A DNA stretch of 64,000 nucleotides from Capsulimonadales bacterium (GTDB taxonomy: Bacteria; Armatimonadota; Armatimonadia; Armatimonadales; Armatimonadaceae): assembly GCA_033762295.1 (NCBI GenBank), contig JANRLW010000069.1:32001-96000 (forward strand), written 5' to 3'. The notes below the pieces were generated by a model, which worked only from the letters and a program-made list of their open reading frames with translations, was not told where the DNA came from and did not search any database. Below, one piece after another: positions 37,801-47,124 of this stretch. Position 1 is the stretch's first letter. The number at the start of each line of letters is the position of its first letter. The position numbers were made by a program, and so were the translations under genes.

Positions 37801-38130
37801 ATGGTACTGGGCATTATGGCGGTGCTGGTGATGGGACTGGTCGTTGCCATGGGGGCGGTGCTGATGGAACTGCTGTTCCGCGACGCGCCGCGTCGGGGGA
37901 AACGCCCGGACGTGCCGGATGACTCCCCGAACTCTCGAACCGTGTTACGCGTCACCACGACGGATGGTGAAAGTTTTGTCGGGCCGCCGCTGGAGGTGGT
38001 CCGGGAACTGATCGCCGAAGGGTATGCGCCCGCTACCGGATTCCTGACCCCCTGGCGCGCCGAACACCTCCTGCCGGAATGGGAGCGGCAGGGAATCGTT
38101 CGCATTCGCGGCGAGTGGCAGGAAGTTTAG
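37801..38130 (+). CDS. Small hypothetical membrane-anchored protein
   Basis: Hydrophobic N-terminus and a promoter at leaderless spacing. Confidence 0.6.
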   Translation: MVLGIMAVLVMGLVVAMGAVLMELLFRDAPRRGKRPDVPDDSPNSRTVLRVTTTDGESFVGPPLEVVRELIAEGYAPATGFLTPWRAEHLLPEWERQGIVRIRGEWQEV

Positions 38131-38266
38131 CGGACTTTAACCTCGGGTCCGGTGAACAATTCGGGCGCTTCGGAAGACCAATAGATAAGAGAGGTCGAGG
38201 CGGAAAAGAGGAACGCCTCGCCATTCACTGTCTGTTCGGTCACAGTGAATTTCCGAAACGAACCCT

Positions 38267-39085
38267 TTGAGGAGCCTGCACATGGGAACGGTGTTCGTCA
38301 TTCTGATTGCCGTGCTCGCCGCCGCGTTCGGCGTACTGCCGCTTTTCCACTATTTCGGACGGACCGTCAAACCGCACACCACGTTGATTCCGTTAGAGCC
38401 GGCATGCCTGCCGACCGTGCAGCAACAGCAGTTGCAAAGTGCGATCGAGAGCCTGAAAAAGGACGGATTCCTGCCGGAAGCGTTTCTGCGCCTGGTGGAG
38501 GAACGAGCCAAAAACATCGTCGATTTCGTCGTTCTTGCCAATCGTGTGGAAAGAACGATGGCGTTGATTACGCTGACGACGGCCGCGCCCGCCGCCGGGA
38601 AACTTCCGACGCCCGGAGACCTGGAGGTGACCTTTCGCACCAGTTTCACGGAGGGCGCGGTGGTGGAAACCAACAACGGACGGCACCTGGGATTCGTCCC
38701 GGCGTTGCCGAACGAGTTTCGAAATTACCTGCCGTCGGTGCGCGATACCCATCGCCTCCATCAACTGCACTGCTTCGCGATCGAGGAGCAGAACCTGCAC
38801 ATCAAGCAGGGAAAAAGCTTTTTCGCCGAAGGAACGGCGGCCGCGCATCTGTCGGGCATTCTGGACGAATATCGGACCGGTCTGATCGACAACGGTTACC
38901 TGCGCCATGACGTTCGAGAGCTGACACATACCATTCGCCCGACGCTGAAAGGCGCGTACCTGACCGCCTGGAGCGGGATGTTCCCGGTCAACCTGGTTCG
39001 CTGGATCATACGAACGATCCGTGAACGGGAGTTTTTGAGCGGGTTCCTGCGCAGTCCCTGGGGGGTGGCGTTAGGCCGCCTCTGA
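38267..39085 (+). CDS. Hypothetical membrane-anchored protein
   Basis: N-terminal TM; GAGGAG upstream of ATG 38282 suggests that as the true start. Confidence 0.65.
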   Translation: MRSLHMGTVFVILIAVLAAAFGVLPLFHYFGRTVKPHTTLIPLEPACLPTVQQQQLQSAIESLKKDGFLPEAFLRLVEERAKNIVDFVVLANRVERTMALITLTTAAPAAGKLPTPGDLEVTFRTSFTEGAVVETNNGRHLGFVPALPNEFRNYLPSVRDTHRLHQLHCFAIEEQNLHIKQGKSFFAEGTAAAHLSGILDEYRTGLIDNGYLRHDVRELTHTIRPTLKGAYLTAWSGMFPVNLVRWIIRTIREREFLSGFLRSPWGVALGRL

Positions 39086-39766
39086 CCGGCTCAGAACCCG
39101 GATTGACCCGTCCTCCGCGCCAAGGATCGCTTCCCCGGCCAGATCGAGAAACAAACCGCAATCGACGACACCCACCGTGGTCCGCAGTTGCCGGTAGGTT
39201 TCTTCCGGGTCGGCGATCCTTCCGAAGCGGAGATCGAGAATCCGCAGGCCGTCGTCCGAAACGAACGGCGTCTCCGAACCGCCGCGCACGCTCACCGGAA
39301 CGCCGAACGTGTCTTCGATTCGTCGCGCCGTCCGCTCCCAGCCGAACGGGAGTACCGCTACGGGCAGGGGGAACGCCCCCAGGTACGGCACGAGTTTCGA
39401 ATCATCGGCGATGACGATAAAGCGTTTTGCCGCCGCGACGACGATCTTTTCGCGCACCAGCGCCCCGCCGCCACCCTTGATCGCCTGAAGCGTGAGAGTG
39501 ATTTCGTCCGCACCGTCCACCGCCAGGTCGAGGACCGTCTCTCGGGTCGGCGCGATCAGGGGAATACCCAGGGACAGAGCGTTCTCCTCGGAGCGCCGGG
39601 AGGGGGCGACGCCCCGAAGATGCAGCCCCTGCTCCCGGATTCGCTCGGCGAGAGCGGCCTGAAAATGGTTCGCCGTTGATCCCGAGCCGATCCCGAGAAG
39701 CATACCGTCCTGCACCAGGGCCGCCGCCGCCCGTGCCGCCGCCCGCTTTGCCACGTCGCTGTTCAT
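39071..39766 (-). CDS. rpiA: Ribose-5-phosphate isomerase A
   Basis: GIGSGST, DGADE, KGGGGAL.REK. Confidence 0.96.
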   Translation of the reverse strand: MNSDVAKRAAARAAAALVQDGMLLGIGSGSTANHFQAALAERIREQGLHLRGVAPSRRSEENALSLGIPLIAPTRETVLDLAVDGADEITLTLQAIKGGGGALVREKIVVAAAKRFIVIADDSKLVPYLGAFPLPVAVLPFGWERTARRIEDTFGVPVSVRGGSETPFVSDDGLRILDLRFGRIADPEETYRQLRTTVGVVDCGLFLDLAGEAILGAEDGSIRVLSRSEAA

Positions 39767-39779
39767 GCCGATGGTCTCC

Positions 39780-41369
39780 CTAATGCCGGAAATGCCGAAC
39801 TCCGGTGAAGACGAGGGCGATACCGTACCGATTACAGAGCGCGATCGTCTCGTCGTCCTTGACCGAACCGCCCGGCTGTATCATCGCCGTAACCCCCGCC
39901 TGCGCCGCGACCTCCGGTCCGTCCGGGAAAGGGAAGAACGCGTCGGATGCCAGAACCGCGCCTCGTGCCTGCTCACCCGCCTGTTCGACCGCCAGACGTA
40001 CCGAGCGGACCCGGTTCATCTGGCCCGCGCCGACACCCCGCAGAGCGCCGCCCTTCGTGATGACGATGGCGTTCGATTTCACATGCTTTACAACCTTCCA
40101 CGCGAACAGGAGTTCCGTCAACTCCTCCCCGGTTGGCGGACGGTCGGATTTGACCGTGAGATCGTCGTCGGTCAACGGGCGAAAGTCCCGTGTGGACACC
40201 AGCAGTCCACCGGTCACCTGTTTCAAAAGCAAGCCCTGTCGACCGGGTTCATGAAACGGGGCGACCTCCAGAAGACGGAGGTTCCCGCCCCATTTCTTCC
40301 GGGTCGTCAGGAGTTCCGTCACACCCTCCCCGTAGCCCGGTGCGACAATACATTCGAAGAAACTGTTCGGACCGGTAATCTCCTCGGCGGTCGCGACGTC
40401 GAGCGGACGATTGACCGCCAGAATGCCACCGAACGCGCTGACCGTGTCCGCCGCCCGTGCGGCGACAAATGCCTCGACCAGCGTATCCGCCATCGCGCAC
40501 CCGCAGGGGTTGGCGTGCTTGATAATGGCTGCCGCCGGCTTCTCCGAAAACTCCCGGACCAGTTCCAGCGCGCCGTCGAGGTCGTAAAGGTTGTTGAACG
40601 AAACCTCTTTGCCGGAGTGATCGCGTCGGATCGCATTGCCGATACAGGGTTCGGTCACCCTCGGGTCCCGATAGAAAGCGGCCTGCTGGTGCGGATTCTC
40701 CCCGTAGCGCAGGCTCCCCACACGCGGCAGGGAGAGGCGGAAGGTGAGCGGAAGGGGCGTCTCGTCCGGATCGGCAGCCAACTGCCGTTCCAGATAATCG
40801 GCGATCATCGCATCGTACGCGGCGGTATGTGCGAACGCTTTCGCCGCCAGCCGCTTCCGGGTCGCCAGAGAGAGGCCCCCGCCGGCAATCTCCGCGAGGA
40901 CCATCGCATAGTCGGCGGGATCGGTGACGATGGCGACACCGTAATGGTTTTTGGCGGCCGAACGGACCATGGCCGGACCGCCGATATCGATATTTTCGAT
41001 CGCGTCCTCCGGAGTGACGTCCGGTTTTGCGACCGTCGCCGCGAAGGGATAGAGGTTGACACAGACCAGATCGATCGGCGTAATGCCATGGGTGAGAAGC
41101 GTTTCGCCATGCTCCGGTTTGTCCCGGTCGGCAAGGATGCCGCCGTGAACGTTCGGATGCAGTGTTTTCACCCGCCCGTCCAGAATCTCCGGGAAACCGG
41201 TCACCTCCGAGATACCGATCACCGGGATGCCTGCGGATTTCAGCGAGGCCGCCGTTCCTCCGGTGGAGACGATCTCAATGCCGTGTTCGGTCAGCCCGCG
41301 AGCGAAATCGCTCAGGCCGGACTTATCGGAGACGGAAAGCAGGGCCCGCCGTACGACAATGGTTTCCAT
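39780..41369 (-). CDS. purH: Bifunctional AICAR transformylase/IMP cyclohydrolase
   Basis: ALLSVSDK, GRVKTLHP, IDIGGP, RYGENPHQ, KHANPCG, ASDAFFPF, RHFRH. Confidence 0.97.
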   Translation of the reverse strand: METIVVRRALLSVSDKSGLSDFARGLTEHGIEIVSTGGTAASLKSAGIPVIGISEVTGFPEILDGRVKTLHPNVHGGILADRDKPEHGETLLTHGITPIDLVCVNLYPFAATVAKPDVTPEDAIENIDIGGPAMVRSAAKNHYGVAIVTDPADYAMVLAEIAGGGLSLATRKRLAAKAFAHTAAYDAMIADYLERQLAADPDETPLPLTFRLSLPRVGSLRYGENPHQQAAFYRDPRVTEPCIGNAIRRDHSGKEVSFNNLYDLDGALELVREFSEKPAAAIIKHANPCGCAMADTLVEAFVAARAADTVSAFGGILAVNRPLDVATAEEITGPNSFFECIVAPGYGEGVTELLTTRKKWGGNLRLLEVAPFHEPGRQGLLLKQVTGGLLVSTRDFRPLTDDDLTVKSDRPPTGEELTELLFAWKVVKHVKSNAIVITKGGALRGVGAGQMNRVRSVRLAVEQAGEQARGAVLASDAFFPFPDGPEVAAQAGVTAMIQPGGSVKDDETIALCNRYGIALVFTGVRHFRH

Positions 41370-41397
41370 AACTTTCGAACCCTTTCGTAACGGAATC

Positions 41398-41488
41398 GTT
41401 GCCCAGGCGAGCGACAAACGAGGAAAAACGGATTTCGGCGACGCTCCCCCGAAGTTCTCTTCGCTGCGCCAGTTGCGTCGCCGAAATC
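41398..41488 (-). ncRNA. ZMP/ZTP (pfl) riboswitch upstream of purH
   Basis: Minus strand GAUUUCGGCGACGC-AACUGGCG...GGGGGA-GCGUCGCCGAAAUC (14-bp P1), linker, then UGUCGCUCGCCUGGGCA. GGCG/CGCC can form the pseudoknot. Upstream of purH is the canonical location. Confidence 0.88.
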
Positions 41489-41518
41489 AGTATAACGGTG
41501 CGGCCCCTGCCCCGTCAA
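41489..41518 (-). promoter_or_regulatory. Sigma70 promoter TTGACG-N18-TATACT for riboswitch-purH-rpiA
   Basis: Reverse complement of cgtcaa (41513-41518) and agtata (41489-41494). Confidence 0.7.
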
Positions 41519-41559
41519 GGTCCGGGGAAAGGACCCGGCGGTTCCTCCGCCGGGAGGCT

Positions 41560-43254
41560 CTATTTCTTCGACTTGACCGGGATATACCCCTTGTCCTTCT
41601 CGCCGTCCTTATCCTTGAGCGGTTTGAACTCGTCCTTTTCCTTTTCGCCGACCGGCGGACGTTTGATCGTCGGCGGGAAGGCGTTGTACTGCCGCCAGAG
41701 TTCGAAGCCGAGCGGAACCGTATCGAGCATAATCCAGCCCGTCGCTTCCGCGCCCGGACGAAGCCGGTCGAGCGTAGGCCAGGCGTCATCCTGCTTTTGA
41801 CCGATACGATCGCGATCCGGGCGAACGATCACGCGATACCGGGCGGTGCCATCGTCCACCGCATCGATCACCGACACTTTTCCGCCGAACGTTCCTACCG
41901 CGACGGCCGGGAACCCGGCAAACTGAAGGGCCGGCCATCCGGCGAACTGCAGCCGTACCGGTCTGCCTTCCGAAAGCAGGGGGACGTCGTTATCGGAGAC
42001 CATTAGCTCGACCGCGATATCCTCGGTGTCGGGAACGAGCACCGCCAGAATATCTCCGGCTTTCACCGTCTCGCCTGCCCCGACTTTGAGAAGCCGAACC
42101 ACCCGGCCGTCGCGCGGCGCGCGGACGACCTGCTGCTGGTTGCGCTGGACGACGTTCTGTACGTCGACATCCAGCTTCAGTCGTTCGGCTTCGTTTTTGG
42201 CGAGCGACTCACGGGCCGATTCGAGCGACGCCGACAGCGAATTGATCGCCCCGGCGGTATCGGCCTCGATGCGGGTGCGATCGAAGACCGCGTTCGCCAC
42301 ATCGCCGCGAGCGACATCCAGGTTGTTGGTCGCCCGCTCGACCTCGGTCCGGACCCGTTCGATCTCGATATCGGTGCGTTTTTGGTCCAGGCTATTGACG
42401 TTCCGGTTTTTGCGTTCGATGTCCAGACTTTTTACCGCCCGTTCGACATCGGTGGTCTTTTTAATCAGATCGTTTTCCGCCAGTTCGTCGTCGCGCTTCG
42501 ACCGCAGACCGAGTTTGAACAGGTCGCGGACGCGTTCTCGCTGCAGTTGGGACGTTTCCAGATCCTGCCGGGCGAACCGGAGCGCTTGCTCCGCCTGAAC
42601 GATCCGGTCGTCCGCCTGCCGCAGACGCTCCCCGGCCGAGGCCTGGGCGACATCACGCGCGATCTGGGCGGATTTTTGAGCCGCAACCAGCGCCTGCGCG
42701 GCGGCTTTTTCCCGCTCCCGCGCCTGGGCGATCCGCTGAACGGCGGCGGACAGGGCCGCCTGACGGGAGGCGTTCAGACGTTGACGTTGCTTTTCCATCT
42801 GGGCGATCCTGCCCAGAATCCGGGTTTTCTGCTGATCGAGGGAGGCCTGTTGATTGCGAAGACGCGCCACCTGGTTCCTGTCCAGAAACTTGGAATCAAT
42901 ATCCTCCAGACGGGCGATCACCTCTCCCTTACGGATGACCTGCCCCTCCTGGACGTTCCATTCGACCAGGCGGCCCGGAATCTGCGCTTCCAGATTTTGC
43001 GGTCGGTCCATGGCCGAATAGACGAATACCTGGCCATGTCCGACGATGGTCTGCTGATAAGGGACGAAAATCAGACAGATCGCCACCAGGAGAACCACCG
43101 TGGTCAGCACGAAAGCGATCCGTGGGCCACTTTTTTTCGGGGCCACGATCTGGAGCGAACGGGATGTCATCGGCCCGTGGTCCGGGGTCACCGTTTGGCG
43201 ATAGGCCGGCGAGACGGGGGAATAGGTCGTTTCCTTTTCCGCAATCAGACTCAT
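41560..43254 (-). CDS. HlyD-family membrane fusion protein
   Basis: TM, lipoyl halves (EAQIPGRL...EGQVIRKGE; VRAPRDGRV), long coiled coil, GRPVRLQFAGWPA. Confidence 0.9.
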   Translation of the reverse strand: MSLIAEKETTYSPVSPAYRQTVTPDHGPMTSRSLQIVAPKKSGPRIAFVLTTVVLLVAICLIFVPYQQTIVGHGQVFVYSAMDRPQNLEAQIPGRLVEWNVQEGQVIRKGEVIARLEDIDSKFLDRNQVARLRNQQASLDQQKTRILGRIAQMEKQRQRLNASRQAALSAAVQRIAQAREREKAAAQALVAAQKSAQIARDVAQASAGERLRQADDRIVQAEQALRFARQDLETSQLQRERVRDLFKLGLRSKRDDELAENDLIKKTTDVERAVKSLDIERKNRNVNSLDQKRTDIEIERVRTEVERATNNLDVARGDVANAVFDRTRIEADTAGAINSLSASLESARESLAKNEAERLKLDVDVQNVVQRNQQQVVRAPRDGRVVRLLKVGAGETVKAGDILAVLVPDTEDIAVELMVSDNDVPLLSEGRPVRLQFAGWPALQFAGFPAVAVGTFGGKVSVIDAVDDGTARYRVIVRPDRDRIGQKQDDAWPTLDRLRPGAEATGWIMLDTVPLGFELWRQYNAFPPTIKRPPVGEKEKDEFKPLKDKDGEKDKGYIPVKSKK

Positions 43255-45167
43255 TTGGTTGCCTCCTTAACCCGTCGTGCGCTGTCGTCCGAACGGGAAT
43301 GTCCTTCGGAGCCACCTGCGGTCGCCCGGCCGGTCGCGGGCATCGGCTCCTCGAAGTTACGCAGTGTGCGGCCGAGGGTGGGGAAGAGACAGCAGAACCG
43401 GCTGTCGCGTTTGAGCGCCAGTTCCATCGGTGCGCCCTCTTCGACTACCCGACCTTCGCTCAGGATGAGAACGCGACTGCACCGGGCGACCGTCTCCGGG
43501 TTATGCGACACCGCAAAAATGGTCCAGCCCATCGCCGGATCGAACAGCGCATCCCGAATTTCGTTCGCCGTCGCCTCCTCCACCGCGTTGAAAGCCTCGT
43601 CGAGGATCAGGACGCGCGGTTTGCCGACAATCGCGCGGGCGATCAGAATCCGCTGGGCCTGTCCGTGGGAGATGTTCTGACCGCCGCTGACGAGCATCGT
43701 CTGCGTCCCCTGAGGCATTCGCGAAAGGTCGGGCGTCATCTGGGCCTGTCCGAGCGCCTCGCGAACGTCGGTAGGCGTAACCTCCGTCCGACCGATGGTG
43801 ACGTTGTCCGTGATGGTGCCGTCGAAGATATCCGTTTCCGTGCCGACCCGGCTGACCGTCCGACGTAGGCTGGTCAGATTCCATTCGCGTATATCCGACT
43901 CGTCGATGGCGACGATCCCCTTCGACGGTTCCTCCAGTCCGCACAGTAGGGAAGTAATCGTCGTCTTGCCGGAACCGCTCGTTCCGACCAGACAGACTCG
44001 CTCGCCGGGGGCCACCTCAAAAGAAACATCGGTAAGGATCTCCATGCCCGGCTGGTAGGAGAAGCAGACATCCTGCAGGCGGATGGAGGCGCCGGTGATT
44101 CCGGTTTCCGAAGCGGGAACCATCCCGATCAACGGGTTGCCGTTGGTACGCTCGGTGGCAAGGTCCAGGACATGCCCGATCTTGTCCAGACCGGTGAGCA
44201 GGTCAAAGACCTGATCGATCTGGCGAATGATCTTTTCCAGCGCGGCCAGCAGAGAAACGACGACGATCTGCGCCGCGACCAGCTGTCCGAGGGTCAACTC
44301 GCGGTTGATCACAAGCCAGCCTCCGGCGGCCAGAATTCCCGCACTGGCAACCGCCTGAAAAAGGTAATACCCGGCCGACTGGCGTACGAGGACCGAAAAA
44401 TGGCTGTTACGCGCCTTGATGTAACGCAGGATCAGGTCATCGGCACGGGAGACCAGGTAGTCGGCGTTGCCGTGCAGTTTGAAGCTGGCATGGCAGCGGG
44501 CGATCTCCTCCAGCCAGTCGGCCACGTGATACTTCTCCTTGGACTCCTTGATGCTCGTTCGCAATCCCCCCCAGCCCAGAACGCCGAAGATGATCGCCAT
44601 ACAGAGAAGCAGGAGAATGTCAAAGCCGAACAGGAGCGGATTGTAGACGGCGAGCAGGATGAGACCGACACCCGCCTGAAGAAGCGCCGCAAGACCATCG
44701 AAGAGGAGCTTGGACAGCGCCTTCTGGACGGTCAGAATGTCGAAGAAGCGGTTGACCAGTTCGGGCGCGTATTCATCGCGCAGGGCGGCGGAACGAACCC
44801 GTAACAGGTGATAGGCCATCTCCAGGGATGTCCGCGCAAATACCCGTTGCTGAAGCACCTCCACCAGGCGCATTTTCGCAACCTGAAGCAGACCGACGAG
44901 CAGCAGGCTGCCCAGAACGAGCAGACTCAGGACCACCAGAGGCTGGGCGAAAACATTGGCGGCGATGATATTGACCAGCGCCTGTGCGGTCAGCGGAACG
45001 ATCAGCGCGAGCAGACCGGCGACGACCGTATAGACGATCAAAACGGTCAGATCGTTTTTCTCCAACCGACCAAGCTTCGAAAGACGGGCCACCGGGGTGG
45101 CGTGAGGTGTGTGGTCGCCGGCGTGTCCGGAAGCGGAACCTGAATGGGAATGTGTTGTGTTCGCCAT
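43251..45167 (-). CDS. Type I secretion-like ABC exporter (TMD + NBD)
   Basis: Multiple TMs, LTLGQLVA, GTSGSGKT, ISHGQAQR, LILDE; His-rich N-terminus. Confidence 0.9.
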   Translation of the reverse strand: MANTTHSHSGSASGHAGDHTPHATPVARLSKLGRLEKNDLTVLIVYTVVAGLLALIVPLTAQALVNIIAANVFAQPLVVLSLLVLGSLLLVGLLQVAKMRLVEVLQQRVFARTSLEMAYHLLRVRSAALRDEYAPELVNRFFDILTVQKALSKLLFDGLAALLQAGVGLILLAVYNPLLFGFDILLLLCMAIIFGVLGWGGLRTSIKESKEKYHVADWLEEIARCHASFKLHGNADYLVSRADDLILRYIKARNSHFSVLVRQSAGYYLFQAVASAGILAAGGWLVINRELTLGQLVAAQIVVVSLLAALEKIIRQIDQVFDLLTGLDKIGHVLDLATERTNGNPLIGMVPASETGITGASIRLQDVCFSYQPGMEILTDVSFEVAPGERVCLVGTSGSGKTTITSLLCGLEEPSKGIVAIDESDIREWNLTSLRRTVSRVGTETDIFDGTITDNVTIGRTEVTPTDVREALGQAQMTPDLSRMPQGTQTMLVSGGQNISHGQAQRILIARAIVGKPRVLILDEAFNAVEEATANEIRDALFDPAMGWTIFAVSHNPETVARCSRVLILSEGRVVEEGAPMELALKRDSRFCCLFPTLGRTLRNFEEPMPATGRATAGGSEGHSRSDDSARRVKEATK

Positions 45168-45178
45168 GGTACGTCCTT

Positions 45179-46585
45179 CTATAATTGCATCGTGGCGGCG
45201 CGGAAGGCGGCCACCGCCTGCTGATACTCCGCCTGAACATCGATCAAGCGCTGTCGGGCTTCTGCCGTCGCCCGTTCTCGCTGGTTGACCAGAAACAGAG
45301 TGCCTTCGCCCAGATCGAACCGCTGTCGTTCCGCCTCCTCCAGGCGGACGGCCAGAGCCACTTCCTGTTCGGCGATGACGATGCGCTGTCGGGCGGTGTC
45401 GACGGCGTTGGCGGCATCTCGCACCTCCACCTGAATCCGGCCCAGCAGCAAGGTTTCCTCCTGACGCAGTTTCTCCTGTTTGAATCGAGCTTCGGTCCGA
45501 CGTCCGGTCGCCTCCCGCAGATACAGCGGTACGGAGAAGACCAGGCCCCATTTAAACGTTTCACCGATGGCTTTGGTGCCCGAATCGAGTCCCGGATTGA
45601 ACACGAGATCCAGCGCCGGCTGTCGATCATTTTCGGCCAGCGCTTCGTCAACCCGTACGCTCTGCTGCTGCAGACGGACCACCTGCACCTCGGGACGAAG
45701 GCTGACGGCGCGGTTGCCGCCCGCTTCCACCGCTTCCGGTGGGATATCCGTGGTGGTCGGAAAGGTGGCGGGCGTTTGATCGGCGGGCGGCAGACGGTTC
45801 GTCCCTTCGCCCCACAGGTAAAGAGCGAGTTTGAACGCCGCTTTCTGGCGGTCGCGCTCGGCCTTGACCAGAGCGCCCTGTCGCCGCGCGACCTCCTGGT
45901 TCGCCTCGATCGTATCCACCTCCGGCAGGTCGCCGCGTTCGAAACGCGCTTTGATCTGGGCCGCCCGGACCTCGGCGATCCGCAGGAGATCCGAAGCGAC
46001 CGTCGCCTTCTGACCGGCGGCAACCCAGTCCCAGTAAGCGAGAGCCGCCTCCCGCAAGACATCGAGGCGGACGGTCGCGAAATTCTGCACCGAGAGAGGC
46101 TCGCCCAGAAGCGCCTGCTGTTCCTGCGCCGATTTATCGTTGATGCCGAAACCGCGCCGAAGCGGAGCTTTGATCCCGAGATTCCATTCGCCGGTGTTCC
46201 CGGTGGACGATACGGGCGATTTGGGACTGCCCAGATTCAGACGGGTGGCGGCAAATACCTTGACACCGGAGCGAAAAGGCAGTTCCAACCCGACGTCGTT
46301 CATCGAAGTGGTCAATGCCTTTCCCCGGGTCGACGTACTATTGTAGCGCAGGTATTCATGGCCGGCGAAAAAGACCGGATCGAACGCGCCCTGCTTGGAG
46401 ATCCTTTTGCCGGTTGCTGCCGCAATCTCCGCCTGACTTCCCCGCAGTTTGGGGTGGTTCGCCTCCGCCTGTTGCAGCACTTCCTCCAGTGTAAGGGATT
46501 GCGCAGACGCTCCGGAAATCGAAATTACAGGTACCAGACAAGAGATAATAACAGTAAAAAGACAGCTATTTTTCGACGTTCTCAT
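45179..46585 (-). CDS. TolC-family outer membrane protein
   Basis: Signal peptide, LTLEEVL...NHP, ARFERGD, RFDLGEGTLF.VNQRE. Confidence 0.88.
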   Translation of the reverse strand: MRTSKNSCLFTVIISCLVPVISISGASAQSLTLEEVLQQAEANHPKLRGSQAEIAAATGKRISKQGAFDPVFFAGHEYLRYNSTSTRGKALTTSMNDVGLELPFRSGVKVFAATRLNLGSPKSPVSSTGNTGEWNLGIKAPLRRGFGINDKSAQEQQALLGEPLSVQNFATVRLDVLREAALAYWDWVAAGQKATVASDLLRIAEVRAAQIKARFERGDLPEVDTIEANQEVARRQGALVKAERDRQKAAFKLALYLWGEGTNRLPPADQTPATFPTTTDIPPEAVEAGGNRAVSLRPEVQVVRLQQQSVRVDEALAENDRQPALDLVFNPGLDSGTKAIGETFKWGLVFSVPLYLREATGRRTEARFKQEKLRQEETLLLGRIQVEVRDAANAVDTARQRIVIAEQEVALAVRLEEAERQRFDLGEGTLFLVNQRERATAEARQRLIDVQAEYQQAVAAFRAATMQL

Positions 46586-46608
46586 AGTTTCCAAAGACCG
46601 GGACGACC

Positions 46609-46956
46609 TCACCGTCGAAAGAGATTCAGCAGGTCGTTGACGGTACAATGCGCCTCCAGGGAGTGGCGAAGCGGGACATCCCCGTGAATCGCGTAGTGAT
46701 TGCGCCGACCGTCCTTCTGTCGTGAGACGATACCGGAGTCTTCCAGTTCGGCCAGAATCCGCTGTACCGCTCGTTCGGTGATTCCTACCCTTTCGGCGAT
46801 ATCCCGGACGCGACTGTCCGGGTCATCCGCCAGGCAGACCAGGACATGGGAATGATTGGTGAGGAGCGTCCACGCTCCGGACACCACGGTTTCCGTTATG
46901 ATCGGTTCCCGGTGGCGTACCGCTCCATTACTTTCGCTGTCGCCCCATCGTGTCAT
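46609..46956 (-). CDS. Small winged-helix transcriptional regulator
   Basis: WTLLTNHSHVLVCL...RVRDIAERVGITERAVQRILAELEDSG...GRRNHY. Confidence 0.88.
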   Translation of the reverse strand: MTRWGDSESNGAVRHREPIITETVVSGAWTLLTNHSHVLVCLADDPDSRVRDIAERVGITERAVQRILAELEDSGIVSRQKDGRRNHYAIHGDVPLRHSLEAHCTVNDLLNLFRR

Positions 46957-46982
46957 GTTGAGCCTCCGAACTATTCAAACGC

Positions 46983-47026
46983 AAAATACAAGAAAATAGT
47001 TTCCGGTATTTTAATTCATGTATTTT
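46983..47026. promoter_or_regulatory. AT-rich inverted repeat AAAATACAAGAA-N20-TTCATGTATTTT (candidate operator)
   Basis: 12-bp arms with one mismatch, directly upstream of the wHTH regulator. Confidence 0.5.
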
Positions 47027-47124
47027 ATGTCGGCAAATGGTTCGGAAAAACAAACAATTGTGGGGTGTGCCGAACGGACGGGAGACGAGGAAGGCGCCGG
47101 CACGCGTCCCTTCGAAGCGCGTGT

